A stretch of DNA of 64,000 nt, from assembly GCA_002189035.1 (NCBI GenBank), contig NEEC01000013.1, forward strand, positions 1,426,001 to 1,490,000, read 5' to 3'. The translations under genes were made by a program, and so were the position numbers. Under the pieces are notes generated by a model that was not told where the DNA came from, made no database searches, and saw nothing but the letters and a program-made list of their open reading frames with translations. Shown here one piece after another: positions 13,474 to 27,822 of this stretch (position 1 is its first letter; each line of letters begins with the position of its first letter). This DNA is from Utricularia gibba (Eukaryota; Plantae; Magnoliophyta).

Positions 13474-14609
13474 TGCTCAGGAGGGTGGGTAGATAGATAC
13501 TTGGGGAGGAGTAGTGTGCAATGAAATGAAATTGGAGTCACTATTTATAAGAAGAAGCTCATGATGTTTGGTCCAAGTGCCTACAAGATTATAGCTGCAT
13601 GAGTTCCTTCATTTTGACCCCATTTTTTTCAAATCACATATATTGGTAAGAGTCGCATGCATTTTTGTATAATGAATTCTTGTTTTCCATCTTATTTAGC
13701 GCATGCAGTTTTTACCATAATGCTCCCAATCAAGAAAAAAATGTTTAGGCATCAAAATGTATAGGAAAAAGTGTGAGTATAGGCAAATAATTTCTTGGAT
13801 AGCTGTGGGTAATTAAGAAGAATGGAGAATAAAGCTCCATAATTAGACAAGGTAGGAAAGTTTAAATCGATTTGTGCATTGTAACATTGCATATCAGGTT
13901 TAAGTTAATTAATTACATTAGAAATTAGTCAATGATTTGCATGTGAGTGTTGTCGTTTAGTGGGTTGTATTTTTCTCAGTCCTCATTTTGTACGGGGGTT
14001 TGGATAGATTTCATAGTAAACCCGTATCAAAGTCCACATTTGGTATGCGTGTTTGGATGGATTTCATAGTAAACCCATATTGATACGTGAGTTGCAGACG
14101 GATAATCATAAACACGACTATTGTTCATGAAACTGATTGAAATCTGCTGGTGCTGATTTATATAAATTGATTGTACAAAAAAAAGAAAAAAATGAATACA
14201 AAAAGTTGTTTTTAAAATAAACTCATAAATTGAAAAAAAACTGTATGTGAACGTAAAATGACTAAAGTCAAACAAAAACTCTCTTTTATATCATTATTAT
14301 CTTTTAAACAAAGTCAATTCATTGTAATATATCTCATAATTACATGGCTGCTCCCTAGCCAATAATGAAAAATATCTTTTGCAAACTTTTTCCTTGTAAT
14401 AAATAAGTCCTCTTTCGAATATCTTGGATACGTGGTTTTGCTTTTGTAACAGTTTCATTTATGCGGTATGTCAGCAAAGACATCTAGCAATTAGTATCTA
14501 GAAAACTTGTAGTGTCAGATGGCATATCTGTGAGCGCACGCATCCATATCCAGGTAGGCTTGTGCTTTTGTGCGCTTTCCTACTTTCGAGGGGCGCTCCT
14601 TGTTTGTGT

Positions 14610-15282
14610 TGTTGAAATTCGGGGACCTCAAGTATAACTGGTTTTCCATCGGGTTAACACTTTTTTTTTTGTATGTAATTGTAGGTAGTGCTCATATCAA
14701 TACGAAACTCATCTTGGCCACCCAAACCGTGCCATGAGGCAAACACTTCAATACCATGTTAAAATTCAGGATCTTGATGGGTTGGACAAGCACACACGTG
14801 AAACCCAAATACACAAGAAACATAGATTACAATATAGAAACATAGTTCTCTCAAGCGCCTTAGTATAGGCTACATGGAAGTTTCAACCTTGTTGACTATG
14901 ACAAGATTCGCGAATAGTTAGAGACTCATCTTTGATCCAGTTAAGACTTGTCTTTTTTTATGTGATTGTAGGTAGTGCTTGGGTCATAGGTCTTTTGTCG
15001 TTTAAACCCAATGCATCTCCTTGTTTTTTTATTAACTGGACCTTAGACCAATACGAAACCCATCTTGACCACTCAAGCCATGTTGTGAGGCAAGCACTCT
15101 GATACCATATTGAAATTCAGGATCCGATGGGTCAGAAGAGCGTACGTGTGAAGCCCAAGTACATAAGAAACGTGGATTACAATAGAAAATATTAGCTCCT
15201 ATCAATTAATAATGATATGTAGTTTTTTATATACTTGACTATTTCACTTTTATTTCCCGATGTGGGATTGTATATTCTAACA
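14610..15282 (-). mobile_element. TRIM-like non-autonomous LTR element with three degenerate terminal-repeat copies, 673 bp
   Basis: TGTT...AACA ends; 5-bp TSD TGTGT (14605-14609 and 15283-15287); reverse-complement tRNA-iMet PBS CTCTGATACCA at 15097-15107 and a degenerate copy ending 14756; repeat starts at 14610, 14757 and 15108. Confidence 0.6.
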
Positions 15283-18153
15283 TGTGTCCATTGTCATTGC
15301 TGTTCCTTCCCTATTTCTTGGATTCAATTGAGGTGTCAAGCTGCCCCAATGTTCTCTATGTGCATCATGTGCTGGTGGTTGGCTCCTGGAAGGCTTTAGT
15401 CTTTGTTTGGTTGTTCTATTTAGATGTTGATTGCTTCTTGAAGGCTTTAGTTTTTGTTTGGTTGTTGTATTTAGATGTTGATGAGTTTAAATTATTTGAG
15501 TTTTGATGGGATACAGAATCGGCTCATTTAAAGGGGATCGCAGGAGAAAGACATGAATTGGACGAAATTATTTGGGTTTTGATGGATTTAAATTATTTGG
15601 GTTAGATGTTGCATGTTTTGACAATCTGTAACATGAAGGCGATTTGATAGGAATTAGGGCAGGATAGCGACGGTTGTTTTGCCAGAACTTGAAAATAGTT
15701 GAATTACGGAAATGTAAGAGCAGTCGACAGTTAACTGCTACCAGGATCATAAATAGGATTAAGGAAGATCCTGCCAAGAGTGAAAAGCAACTTATGACTC
15801 CAAAATAGGTCGGTCGAGGCCTCCTTATAAATAGGAGGTCATTCCATGAAAAAAGGGGATCGGAACTCTCCTCTTTCTTACTTGTATCCCTCTTTTCACC
15901 TCCATTAGTAAAATCCATTTCTCTGATGAACTCCGACAACTTCATAATTTTTCTTTCTCCTGGCGGTCAAAATCCTTATCTATTTTTATTTCCGCAATCT
16001 CATTGCAATCCAAAAACCCTAAGAACATGCAAACCGGATTCGAGAAAATCGGTTCTGTTACTCTAAGATCAGTCATTTCCCACAAGCCGATTTTTGACCA
16101 CAACAGGTATAAAAATACTCATACCCCTCTTGGGTATACATATACCCATATATAAGGGTATTATATGAGTATAATCATCATTATACTCATATAATTTATA
16201 TAATTATACTTATATACCAAACAACACAATTTTTTTAAACCCATCTTATACTTTCATATCAAACAAGTACTTAGTGTGCTCAAATGATATATATTCACAA
16301 AACACACTATTTTCATTTATTGGTTTTTTTCGAATTGAGAGTTTAAACTTGGGAGCACTCGAATCATAGAAAATGATGAAATCGAAAAATCACCTCACCG
16401 ACAATAGGAACCCACTCTGTTAGGGTTGATGTGCATGTGTAAATGATGGTTGTGATCGAAGGACACTGAAAGATAAAAACACAAACTTTGGATACCCGAA
16501 AACCCAAGGAAAAACCGATGGCATTCAACACGTTGGTTTCACTTGAATAAGATGAACCAATGTAACAAGACAATCAATACAACAATGTATAGTCAAACAA
16601 GATTTTATAGATACAGATCACATAGAAATAGAGAGATGAAGTTCCCTCCACAATTTCAAAGTCTTTCCACAAACCATGTGTTGACGTATGAAGCCCTCAA
16701 GTATGTACTTTCGACTCTCTATGAAATACTACTTCTCTTAGTCTGGAATATCTCCTATAAATAAGTATTGTTATGATAAGATCCATATATAGTGCAGATA
16801 TATTTGGATGTTATGATATGTAAAAGATAGATATATATACCAGAAATGTATTTTCAAATATCTAAACTTATATCATAGCTGGAGCAATATCCTCTCTTAT
16901 ATGCTTATCAAATATAGTTAGTTTGGATAGGACAAACTTGCCCACCTATAATATTATTATTTTACACTCATCATTTTGTTTTGTTGTTTATTTACTTTCT
17001 TCTGGTTTAATGCAATTCAATATACTGAATTTTCTATCTTTATTTATTATTTTCATAGTTATTATTTGAAAGCACCTAATCAGCAGGGGGCTTCGTTTTC
17101 TTCATGGCATGTAGTTGACGAAGTTTGACGAATCGACGACCATATGAAGTGGAATAAATGGGTCTAAATGTATCTCAAATTTGTCAACATGCAAGTTGCA
17201 AAGTTTGTTTAAACTTTAAAGCTAATTACATGCATTCAACTCCATGATTAAGAGGAATGTGACTACAACAACCACCTTCACTACGTCTACTAACCAATGT
17301 CACCCTTTTACGCTTTTGAACATGTGATTCACATTATATATAAAAAATTAATTTTTAGATTATATGAATAAAATCAGTTAAAAATTATAAATTGTTTTAT
17401 AGGATATTTTAAAATTATATTAAAATTTTTCATAAAATAAATTATATATTACAAATTTTAATATATTAAAATGTTATATAATTAATTTTATAATATAAAT
17501 GTATTTTTAAAGTAGATAAAAAGTAAATCATATAATTTTTATAACTAATCTTTTATTTAATTACTAAAATACATATTTAATCAATTTAATAATTTCTAAA
17601 ATTAATAAAAATGTAAATTTTTGATTTTATTATAGATTATTTAAAGATTAACATATTTAAAAATTAAACAGAATTAACTTAATAAATTGTATTTACAGAA
17701 CAGGTTCATTATTTTATTTGATGAACTGAAATCCCATAATCAAAAGTCTAATCAAATCTAAACCCCAAACGTGAATCTCAACGTGGGTTTTATTTGACTT
17801 TTATTCTGGAATCATCTCGGAATGTTTTCGAGCACCATTCTTCATAATGTTTTTCAAACAAATTATTATAAATTTTTCTTAGTATTTTTTTGAGCTATTT
17901 TCGTTCATTTTTCTTGATCTTTTGTGTGTGCGGGGGGAAGCAACATTTTCCGTAGTGCAGCCTCGCGAGATAAATCAGTTAATTATCTTTGGTGTCATGT
18001 ATCCCTAAATTCCTCTTGAAAAGTATAATTGAAAATAAGGTTACACAAAGTAAAATAAAATTTATTGAAATTCAGAATAAGAACATTCTCTCCCATGCAT
18101 GCTGTCAGTTATTTAGTTGTGGTGCGGCACACGACAGCATTATACATGGTGAT

Positions 18154-19212
18154 CTAAGAGATCGGATAGGAAGCGTCGGTGGCGATTCCACACAGTCCGG
18201 TGGGGCTTGACCCAAGAATCTGCATCCGAATGTATCCGCTCTCTCCCCAGCTGGTTCCCCATGAATTCTTCACTATCCAGTAGTTCTCGCCGTTCTCGGA
18301 GCCGTACCCCACAACCGTCACACCGTGATCCAGATTTGTAGTGCAGTCTCCAGTGAAAATCCCACCGGAATATGACTGAAAATCGCTCCCACTCGCATCG
18401 ATAGCCACTGCAATTGGCTGATTCGCCACCGCGGCTTGCAGTGCGTCCTCACCGGCAGCAACATTAGCGAAGTTGGAGATGGTGGCGACGCTGCTGGTGG
18501 AGCTCGCAGCACATGTTCCGTCACTGGCGGTGTATGGGTAGCTATCTTCGGATCCGATCCCCCCATTTGAAATGATCCATTGGAATGCAGATTGTGAAGT
18601 GCCGCCGTTGCAACCGCTGGAATCTGTGTCACAGTCAACCAGCTCTTGCTCTGACAGGGATAACAGGTTACCGGTGTTGATCTCAGTGATGCCCTCCACC
18701 GCAGCTACGGCGGCGAACGCCCAACAGCTCCCTGCATCATTGATAACCCATTATGATCATGTCAATGAATTTAACATGAAACCCTAAATCCTCTCACCGC
18801 ATTGGCCTTGATCCTTCACAGGAGTGACGGCTCCCAAAGTCCTCCAATCAATGCTATCTGGCAGAGCTACATCGCTTACTTTGGAATGGTGGACCGGTGC
18901 AGCCTTATGAAGGCGGGGCTTATACGTGTTCCTTGCAGCAAATTCCTTGTTGGTGAGGTCAGTGTACTTATTCTCTCCAAGCTTGTAAGAGAGGCCTTTT
19001 GCGTTCACAGCATCGATGTGCTCCGCATTGCTCTTGAAGATCTTGAATCTCTCCGCCTTCTCAGCTTCATTTTTGTACACACGGCCGTATTTAGCCATCC
19101 ATTTCTCGTGCCTGGCTTTCATGTGCGCATCGGGATCTACTCTCGCTTCTGCCTGGTAAATTGCGGCCCCGAGCAGCACCAGGAGCGCAATGAAAAGAAC
19201 CTTAGACGCCAT
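18154..19212 (-). CDS. P5: papain-like cysteine protease, 330 aa, very acidic mature domain. Exons 19212-18798, 18731-18154
   Basis: DQGQCG|SCWAFA, LDHGV, KNSWG; 66-bp intron. Confidence 0.95.
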
Positions 19213-22156
19213 CGCTCAGTAAGATGGAAGATATCAAGGAGAAGTGATGCAAATTGAAGTGCAATGCGGAAGCTATTTATAGGAAAAAAATGTCTATTAT
19301 TCTGAATAGATGGTTGATCCAAGTGTCTGTAAGTAGTTTATAGACACAAGAAGTCCTTGTGCGACATCTTTGACATGAATTAAATAGGTCAGTGGCCGTG
19401 TGCTTTCTCCTCATAATTATATTGCCGATTAGGTAACCTTGCAGTTGTTTTTCAAGAACATGCTATGTTTAAAAGCCCATTCCAATACTGAACTAGTCCC
19501 CTAATCTGGAATCTGATTTGAAATCAATGGATTTGGCCATCCGTACATGTTGTCCAGAGATAAAATTTAAATGGGATACTAGGATATGATTAGATGGGAA
19601 TATATTTTGATGTATTTGGTTTGTATTATAATAATTGAGAATATTATAATGGTTTAGGGTGGCTAATATGACAAAAATGCCCATATATTCTTGGAATAAT
19701 TACGTGTGTTGGTGGTGACGAAGTGGAATCCTTGACAATTGGGTTTTATGCACAAATCCAAAGGGAGTATAATTGAGTGGGATTAAAAAATCGCATCCAA
19801 TAGCCCAGTATTATTTTATCCTACTTTCACAAGATAAAAAATCCATACACTAATGGCTAATTAATCTCTTATTCATAATCAAAGGCGGGATAACACTATA
19901 TTATTTAATTATCCCCCTTATCCCATCAACCAAGCACCTCTAAAAGAAAATTTGATTGTACTCAATGGGTGATATTTGAAAAAACAAAACAAAAGAATTC
20001 AAGAAATTGTTCTCGAAATACACTCATGAATTGACGAAAATTGTATATTAATGTAAAATAAATAAATTCCAAACAAAAATCTTCTCTTTTATATCAATTC
20101 ATTGGAATATATCTCATAGTTATATGGCTACTCCCTAGCCAGTAATGAAAAATATCTTTTGCAAATTTTTTCCTCGTAATAAATATAGTAGACTACAGTC
20201 TTCTTTCGAATATCTTGGATATGTGGCATTTGTATCAGTTTCTTTTATGCAGTAAACCAGCAAAGGCATCTAGCAATTAGTATCTAGAAAACTTGGAATC
20301 ATTTATAAATCTGGTCATCCTAATGCTTTGATGAGATGATGAATATCAAAGATGAACAAAATGAAGATGATGTAAATAAGGTCACTATACACCAGAGATT
20401 TTAATGGATTAATTACTAGATCAAGAATTTGAAAGATTCAAGAGGTTATGAAGGGATTATGGGTCAATCAACAAATAAATTAAGAGTATTGCATTGACTT
20501 CAATTTACTAAAAGTGGATTACGTGTAGTAAAGTTGGGTTATTATTTTCTAGTTCACTTTTATTAATTTTATTTTGAATATACACCTTTCTCTATGTATA
20601 TAATAAGTATCCCACTCTTGGTTATGGACAATTTTGGTGGTTATGTATTTTGAGAAGAACGGTCATATCTCAAGTTTTTGTAGAATTTTAAATTTATAAA
20701 GCTTTGATTGTGATATTTATTGTGGTTTATCACTCCCATTTACTTCTTTGTTTTATGAATGTGACACTATTTTAATAATTTGGATTGTAAAGATATTTAT
20801 TCCTTAAGAACTAATTATTCTTTTATTGAATGATTGTTTCATTTGAAAATCAATATCTGATTTGTCAAACATATGTTGTTTAGAGAGTCATATCACACAC
20901 GTTCACATACACTATATTAAAAAATTGTAATAGGGGTGACCATTTTTATCACGCAGTAATTAAAGGATGGCTTATCTGTGAGCGCACGCATCCATATCCA
21001 GGGTAGGCTTGTGCTTTTCTGCGTTTTCCTACTTCTGGGGGGTCCTGGTCTGCATTGGCGTTGAGTGCCATCATTGTTGTTCCTTCCCTACTTCTTGGCG
21101 TCGACTGAGGTGTATATACTCGCAAAACACAGTATTTTTGATTTATTTGCTTGTTTTCTTATTAAGGTTCATGAGAAAAGGAGCACCCATTTTTTGCTCA
21201 TCTTGGTTTTTGAAGTCCCATGATTACTTTTCGAGATTTAATCATGAGAGCACTGGAATCATCTAAAATGATCAAATCGAAAAACCACGGACAATATGAA
21301 CCTACTCTGATATTACTCTGTTAGGGTTGACGTGCGTGTGTAGGGATGGTTGTGGTCGAAAGACACTGAAAGACAAAAATACAAACTTTGGTTACCAGAA
21401 AACCTAAAGGAAAAACCGGTGGCATTGAACACTCCAGTAAAATTGGTTTCACTTGAATAACATGAACCAATGTAACAAGACAATCAACTTAAGAATGTAT
21501 AATCAAATAGATGCTATAGATACATATCACGTAGAAATAGAGAGATGAACTTCCCTCCACAACTTCAAAGGAATCTTTCCCAAAGAGTCTTTCCAAAAAC
21601 CATGTGTGCACGTATGATGTTCTCAAGCATGTACTATCGACTCTATTTGAAGTACTGCTCCCCTAAGTCTGGAATGTCTCCTATGAATAAATATTCTTTA
21701 GAATCTTGATGATAGATTGATTATTATATAAGATCCAAATATAGTGCAAATATATTTGGATGTCATGATATGTAAAAGATAGATATATATATCAGAAATA
21801 TACACTCTAGTATCTAAGCTTGTATCATGGCTGGAGAAATCTACTCTCTTATAAACTTACCGGATCTGGATTGGATGCTTGCCCACCTATAATACTATTA
21901 TTTGTTATTATTTTACACTTGTCATTTTGTAAAATATAGATTTAAGAAATTTAATAACTTTTAAAATTAATCGCATAATTTGAATTTATAATTTTTATTA
22001 TTAGAATCTTTAAAATTAAATAAAATCACTTTAATGAATTCTATTTGCAAAATAGCCTGATTATTTTATTTGATGAAGTGAAATCCCGTAATCAAAACCC
22101 TAATCAAATCTAAACCCCAAACATGAATCTCAACGTGAGTTTCATTCTAAGGGAAT

Positions 22157-22588
22157 TGAAAGGAGGAGACGTTTTGTAGCTTCCGAACTTTAAGCCTAGT
22201 TTGGTTTTTGAGCTTCCGAACTTGAAGCTAGTCACCAAAAGACTTGGAGAGCCACGGTAGAGAGAGATATTGTAATATTCTTTTATCGCACAAAAAATGT
22301 AGTTTACACGTCTGTTTTCAGTTCATATTTATTCTTCAGTGCTGGTACGTACCTCAGGTCTAACGGTTATATTTGTAGCCGTTGGAAGTCCCTATCTTGG
22401 GCCGCTCACACAAGTGTGATTGGGTCTGTCGAGTCCAGCCCGGTAGGTCGTTGGTACAACCTGCATGGTTGTCACTCAATTTTCAGGCCCATAGTTGTTT
22501 TCGTCTTCTCAATCCTCTCGCTGCGCGATTTACTCTCTCTCGGAGGGTTTGATCAAATTCATCAGGATCAGTTCATCACCATCCAACA
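22157..22588. mobile_element. Solo LTR, 432 bp
   Basis: TG...CA ends; 5-bp TSD GGAAT (22152-22156 and 22589-22593); empty site at the homologous position in the P8 unit near 33195-33210. Confidence 0.65.
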
Positions 22589-22926
22589 GGAATCATCTCC
22601 GATAGTTTTTGAGCACAGATTCTTCATAATGTTTTACGAACAAGTTAATACAAATTTTCATAGTAATTTCTCAAGCTATTTTAGTTCATTTTGCTCGATC
22701 TTTTTTTTTATTGTCCTGTAGGGGATTGTAATATTTTCGTAGCGCAGTCTAAATCAGTTAATTATCTTTCGCGTCATGTGTCAGTAAATACCTCTTGAAA
22801 AGGATAATGGAAAATAAGGTTAAAAAAAAGTAAAATATTGGAATTCAGAATGTGAACATTCTCTCCCATGCATGCTGTCAGTTATTTAGTTGTGGTGCGG
22901 CACACGACAGCATTATACATGGTGAT

Positions 22927-23984
22927 CTAAGAGATCGGATAGGAAGCGTCGGTGGCGATTCCACACAGTCCGGTGGGGCTTGACCCAAGAATCTGCATCC
23001 GAATGTATCCGCTCTCTCCCCAGCTGGTTCCCATGAATTCTTCACTATCCAGTAGTTCACGCCGTTCTCGGAGCCGTACCCCACAACCGTCACGCCGTGA
23101 TCCAAATTAGTTGTGCAGTCTCCCGTGAAAATCCCACCGGAATATGACTGAAAGGCACTCCCACTCGCGTCGATAGCCACTGCAACGGGCTGAACCGCCA
23201 CCGCGGCTTGCAGTGCATCCTCACCGGTAGCAACATTAGCGAAGTTGGAAATGGTGGCGACATTGCTGTTAGAGCTCGCAGCACATGTTCCGCCAGTAGC
23301 GGTGTACGGGTAACTAGATTCAGACGTGATTCCGCCATTTGAAATGATCCATTGGAATGCAGATTGTGAAGTGCCGCCGTTGCAGCCGTTGGAAGCTGTG
23401 ACACAGTCAACCAGCTCTTGCTCTGACAGGGATATCAGGTTACCGGTGTTGATCTCAGTGATGCCCTCCACCGCGGCTACGGCGGCGAACGCCCAACAGC
23501 TCCCTGCATCATTGATAACGCATTATGATCATGTAAATGGATTTAACATGAAACCCTAAATCCTCTCACCGCATTGGCCTTGATCCTTCACAGGAGTGAC
23601 GGCTCCCAAAGTCCTCCAATCAATGCTATCTGGCAGAGCTACATCGCTTACTTTGGAATGGTGGACCGGTGCAGCCTTATGAAGGCGGGGCTTATACGTG
23701 TTCCTTGCAGCAAATTCCTTGTTGGTGAGGTCAGTGTACTTATTCTCTCCAAGCTTGTAAGAGAGGCCTTTTGCGTTCACAGCATCGATGTGCTCCGCAT
23801 TGCTCTTGAAGATCTTGAATCTCTCCGCCTTCTCAGCTTCATTTTTGTACACTCGGCCGTATTTAACCATCCATTTCTCGTGCCTGGCTTTCATGTGCGC
23901 ATCGGGATCTACTCTCGCTTCTGCCTGGTAAATTGCGGCCCCGAGCAGCACCAGGAGCGCAATGAAAAGAACCTTAGACGCCAT
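22927..23984 (-). pseudogene. P6: duplicate of P5 with a 1-bp deletion just after KNSW (true pseudogene or homopolymer assembly error). Exons 23984-23570, 23503-22927
   Basis: C3 run at 23030-23032 versus C4 in P5. Spliced length to the homologous stop is 992 nt, not a multiple of 3. The shifted frame runs on to 22878. All catalytic residues are retained. Confidence 0.75.
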
Positions 23985-25862
23985 CGCTCAGTAAGATGGA
24001 AGATATCAAGGAGAAGTGATGCAAATTGAAGTGCAATGCGGGAGCTATTTATAGGAAAAAAATGTCTATTATTCTGAATAGATGGTTGATCCAAGTGTCT
24101 GTAAGTAGTTTATAGACACAAGAAGTCCTTGTGCGACATCTTTGACATGAATTAAATAGGTCAGTGGCCGTGTGCTTTCTCTTCATAATTATATTGCCCA
24201 TAAGGTAACCTTGCAGTTGTTTTTCAAGAACACGATATGCTTAAAAACCTGTTCCAATACGGAACTAGTCCCCTAATCTGGAATCTGATTTGAAACTGAT
24301 TAGGTCACCCGTATAATCTCTCATATGGTAAGTTAAAATTTCCACTTTTCTAACAGTGATGATAAGTTGGTCAAATTTCTAATAAATCATTTGAGACTTT
24401 GTAGGTGATATACCAATTTCATAAAAATTAGTTTGTAAAATATCTTACTTTTGATATAGTTTGTGAAATATCTCATGTCAATTTATTATAATTATGTTAT
24501 TCGATTCTAAATTGTTATTTAATTCGAGTGAAAACTTGTGATAAAATGATAAATAATAAATATATAAATAAATAATAGTTAAAATATACAAACATGTTCA
24601 AATAAATAATAAATTAAATTCTACCACATTAATAATTAACGTATAATATATGTTCGAAATAAATCATAAATAATCAATTGATCCAAATAATTCCAAAACA
24701 ATAATATGATGTGTGACATAAGTTTAAAGTTAAAAACAAATAAACACTAGATCCAAATAATGCAAGCTATCTAATGATGTGTAATATAATAAATAAAATA
24801 TAGAACAAATAAACACATGATCCAAAATATTCCAAGTGATCAAATGATGCATAATATAAATTTCAAATAAAAAATATGCACTTGATCTAAATAATATATA
24901 AGTATTGAATGACATGTAATATATATTTAAATTAAAAAATTATGTGATTGATCAAAGTAACATCTAATGATCCAATAACAAAATTTTGATAGAATGATAA
25001 GGAATATTTCACAAACTTCACCAAAAGTGGGGTTTTCACAAACTAATGTTTGTAAAAATTGTATATCACCAATTAATTCAATCCTTCGGGATTTGGCCTG
25101 TCTTATTTTTAAAATACTGGACAACTTGAATGTGAAAATAAAAAAATAAAAAAAGCGACTTGCATGGCCGGTTGACCGAAACAGTATCGACAATGGTTAA
25201 CAAAATTGACTCGCGTTTACTTACCGAATTTAAACAATAAACAACACGTAACTTTGTCACTGTTTTTTATATATTTATGTTTAATGTAATTTGTGTATAA
25301 ATTATACTTTCGATTTGAGTACCTGGTAAGATTAAGTGTAAAGAATATAAATAAAAAGATAAAAAATTTTAAAATTATTAATTATAAATTTAATTATCTA
25401 ATAAATTCTCCATCTTCATCCCTATTATTTATTAGCATTCATGGGGAATCTTTGAAAAAGTTTTTTCATGCATTTGATGCTAATAAAACATATTAATTCT
25501 ATTAAAGTTTTAGCTTCATATAAAATTTGATTTTTAGGGTGTTGGTTTTGTATCATGTAGTCCATGAAATAGGGGTCATTTAGAAAAATTCTCACACGCT
25601 TAAACAAAAAAAAAAAAAAAAAAACAAATAGAGCAATCATTTTTTCATATAATACGTGACATGGCCAAATTTCTAATTCATATCATATAGACGTAAGTTT
25701 TGGAATTTTTGACCATGGTCAATAAGGTAGTAATTAATTAAAGTTCACTATATCGTTCCATGATTAAAGCATCATGTAGCGCATTAAACAATAATTATTT
25801 TGTAGGTCGTGACGTATTTCGCATGGCATGCATACGACATATGCTAGTGATGAAGTATCATG

Positions 25863-25975
25863 TTATACTAATGGAAATGAAGCCCATGTGGCTATTCCAC
25901 ACATTCCAGCCCTCCAATGCTTCTCTGCATCAAGATGTATCCATTTAGTCCCCATCCTGTTTCCCAAGAATTTTC
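25863..25975 (-). pseudogene. 3' remnant A of a P9/P11-type protease gene (last ~37 codons plus 3' flank)
   Basis: Translates as KNSWETGWGLNGYILMQRS...GMCGIATWASFPLV*; its downstream flank matches the P9 and P11 3' flanks. Confidence 0.85.
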
Positions 25976-26130
25976 CTGAACATATAAAAGGCATACATTT
26001 TGTAGCGGAAATCATCGTTTCGTAGTAACAAGATTTGTGTTTGCATCGGAAATCATCGTTTCGTAGTAACAAGATTTGTGCTTGCATTCCGCACTGCGTT
26101 TTGAAGTGTCAGCACTTTCACTAATCTAAT

Positions 26131-26638
26131 CAGTGTTTTAAAAACCAGTTGTATCCATTGAACTGTTTAACTATGGTTTTGGGTTGAACCCTTTTTAAAA
26201 TGGGTTAAACCGAGTTCATTAATTTTAAATTATACTTATTAAAACATTAGAATATAATTATAAAATCATAATTTAGTACATCAAAATATTAAAAAAAATA
26301 AAATTATATCTCTCAATAATTGATACAATTACATTAAAAAGTTTTATCAAAATCATATTTATTGTTTCATATCTCATTCAAATAATATGTAATTTAAATA
26401 CAAATGATTATTTTCTACTATCAATACAAATACATATATAAAAATATAATTATTAAGATATATTTGAAATATATATCAAATATTTATAACAAATTTTATA
26501 TTAGTTTATAATCATTCTCATAAAGTAAATAATAAAAAATTAAAAAATTAAAAGTAAATTTGGATCCAATCCATTAAAACATGGTTTTGGATCTAACCCA
26601 ATTGAACCATGGGCCCAACCCAAGTTTTTAAAACACTG
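26131..26638. mobile_element. hAT-type MITE, 508 bp
   Basis: TIRs CAGTGTTTTAAAAAC / GTTTTTAAAACACTG; perfect 8-bp TSD AATCTAAT; empty site near 31683-31691. Confidence 0.85.
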
Positions 26639-27822
26639 AATCTAATAACCCAAACTTAATTGCAAACGAATGGGATTGAATTTTCAGTGGAAGTACTTCA
26701 AACAGACGCTAATACCACTCCGTGTAGTGTTTGAAATAAGGTCATTAGATATTGGGCATGTACTGTGTTTTGAATATGTGATTCACATTATATTGAATAG
26801 AATTAATTTTGAGATTATATGAATGGAATCAGTTTTAGATTATAGGATTATTTAATAGGACAATATAAAATTATCTTATAAAATTTTATAAAATAAAGTA
26901 TATATTTTCAAAGTAGATAAAAACAAATTATATAATTTTTATAATTAATATTTTCTTTAAAACCAAAAAAAGATTTAATAAATTTAATAATTTCTAAAAT
27001 TAATCAGAATGTAAATTTTTTATTTCATCATAGAACGGTTAAATATTAAATTATTTAAAAATCAAATAGAATAACTTTAATAAATTATGTTTACATAATA
27101 TGCCAATTATTTTATTTGTGAAGTAAAATATGACAATCAAAACCTTAATCAAATCTAATCCTCAAACATGAATCTCAAGCTGAGTTTCATTCTATGGTAA
27201 TCATCTCCCATAGTTTTCGAGCACCGGTTCTTCATAATGTTTTACGAACAAACTATTACAAATTTTTTAGTAATTTTTCGAGTTATTTTTGTTCATTTTG
27301 CTTGATCTTTTTTTTTTCGTGTAGGGGATTGTAATATTTTTCGTAGTGTAGTCTATGCATCGAGAGGTAAATCAGTTAATTATCTTTTGTGTCATGTATC
27401 CCTAAAATTCCTCTTGAAAAGGATAATTGAAAATAAGTTTTAAAAAAAATGTAAAATAAAATTTATTGAAATTCAGAATGCAAAGATTCTCTCCCATCCC
27501 ATGTCACATATTTGGTCGATTTCAAATGCTGTCACTTATTTAGTTATGTTGCGGCACACGACAGCACTATACTGAAGGAGTATTTCCAGCTCATTATCTT
27601 GGAGACTAAGTAGCAGTGTTTGTAAAACAAATTCTTGTTTCTTTTCAATAGCATCTGATGAGTTCACATATTATATCTTTATAGTTATATTCCTGACGGT
27701 AATAAGTAAAACCGTTGCCTTATTGAAATCTGAACGAATTGGGATATTGGGCTGATTCATTGGTCCTTTTTCCTCTCAGTTTTGATCTTTCAAATCCCAA
27801 TCTATCCAATATACATGGCAAT

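Noticed and set aside
15568-15945. 125-aa ORF and similar-looking sequence at about 10500-11050
   Set aside because: No recognisable domain or splice structure; probably repeat-derived, but I could not define boundaries or a TSD.
15360-26085. Short direct repeats (about 50-bp pair near 15380-15480; about 42-bp pair near 26005-26085) as CRISPR-like or functional arrays
   Set aside because: Two-copy local tandem duplications with no spacers, in a eukaryotic context.
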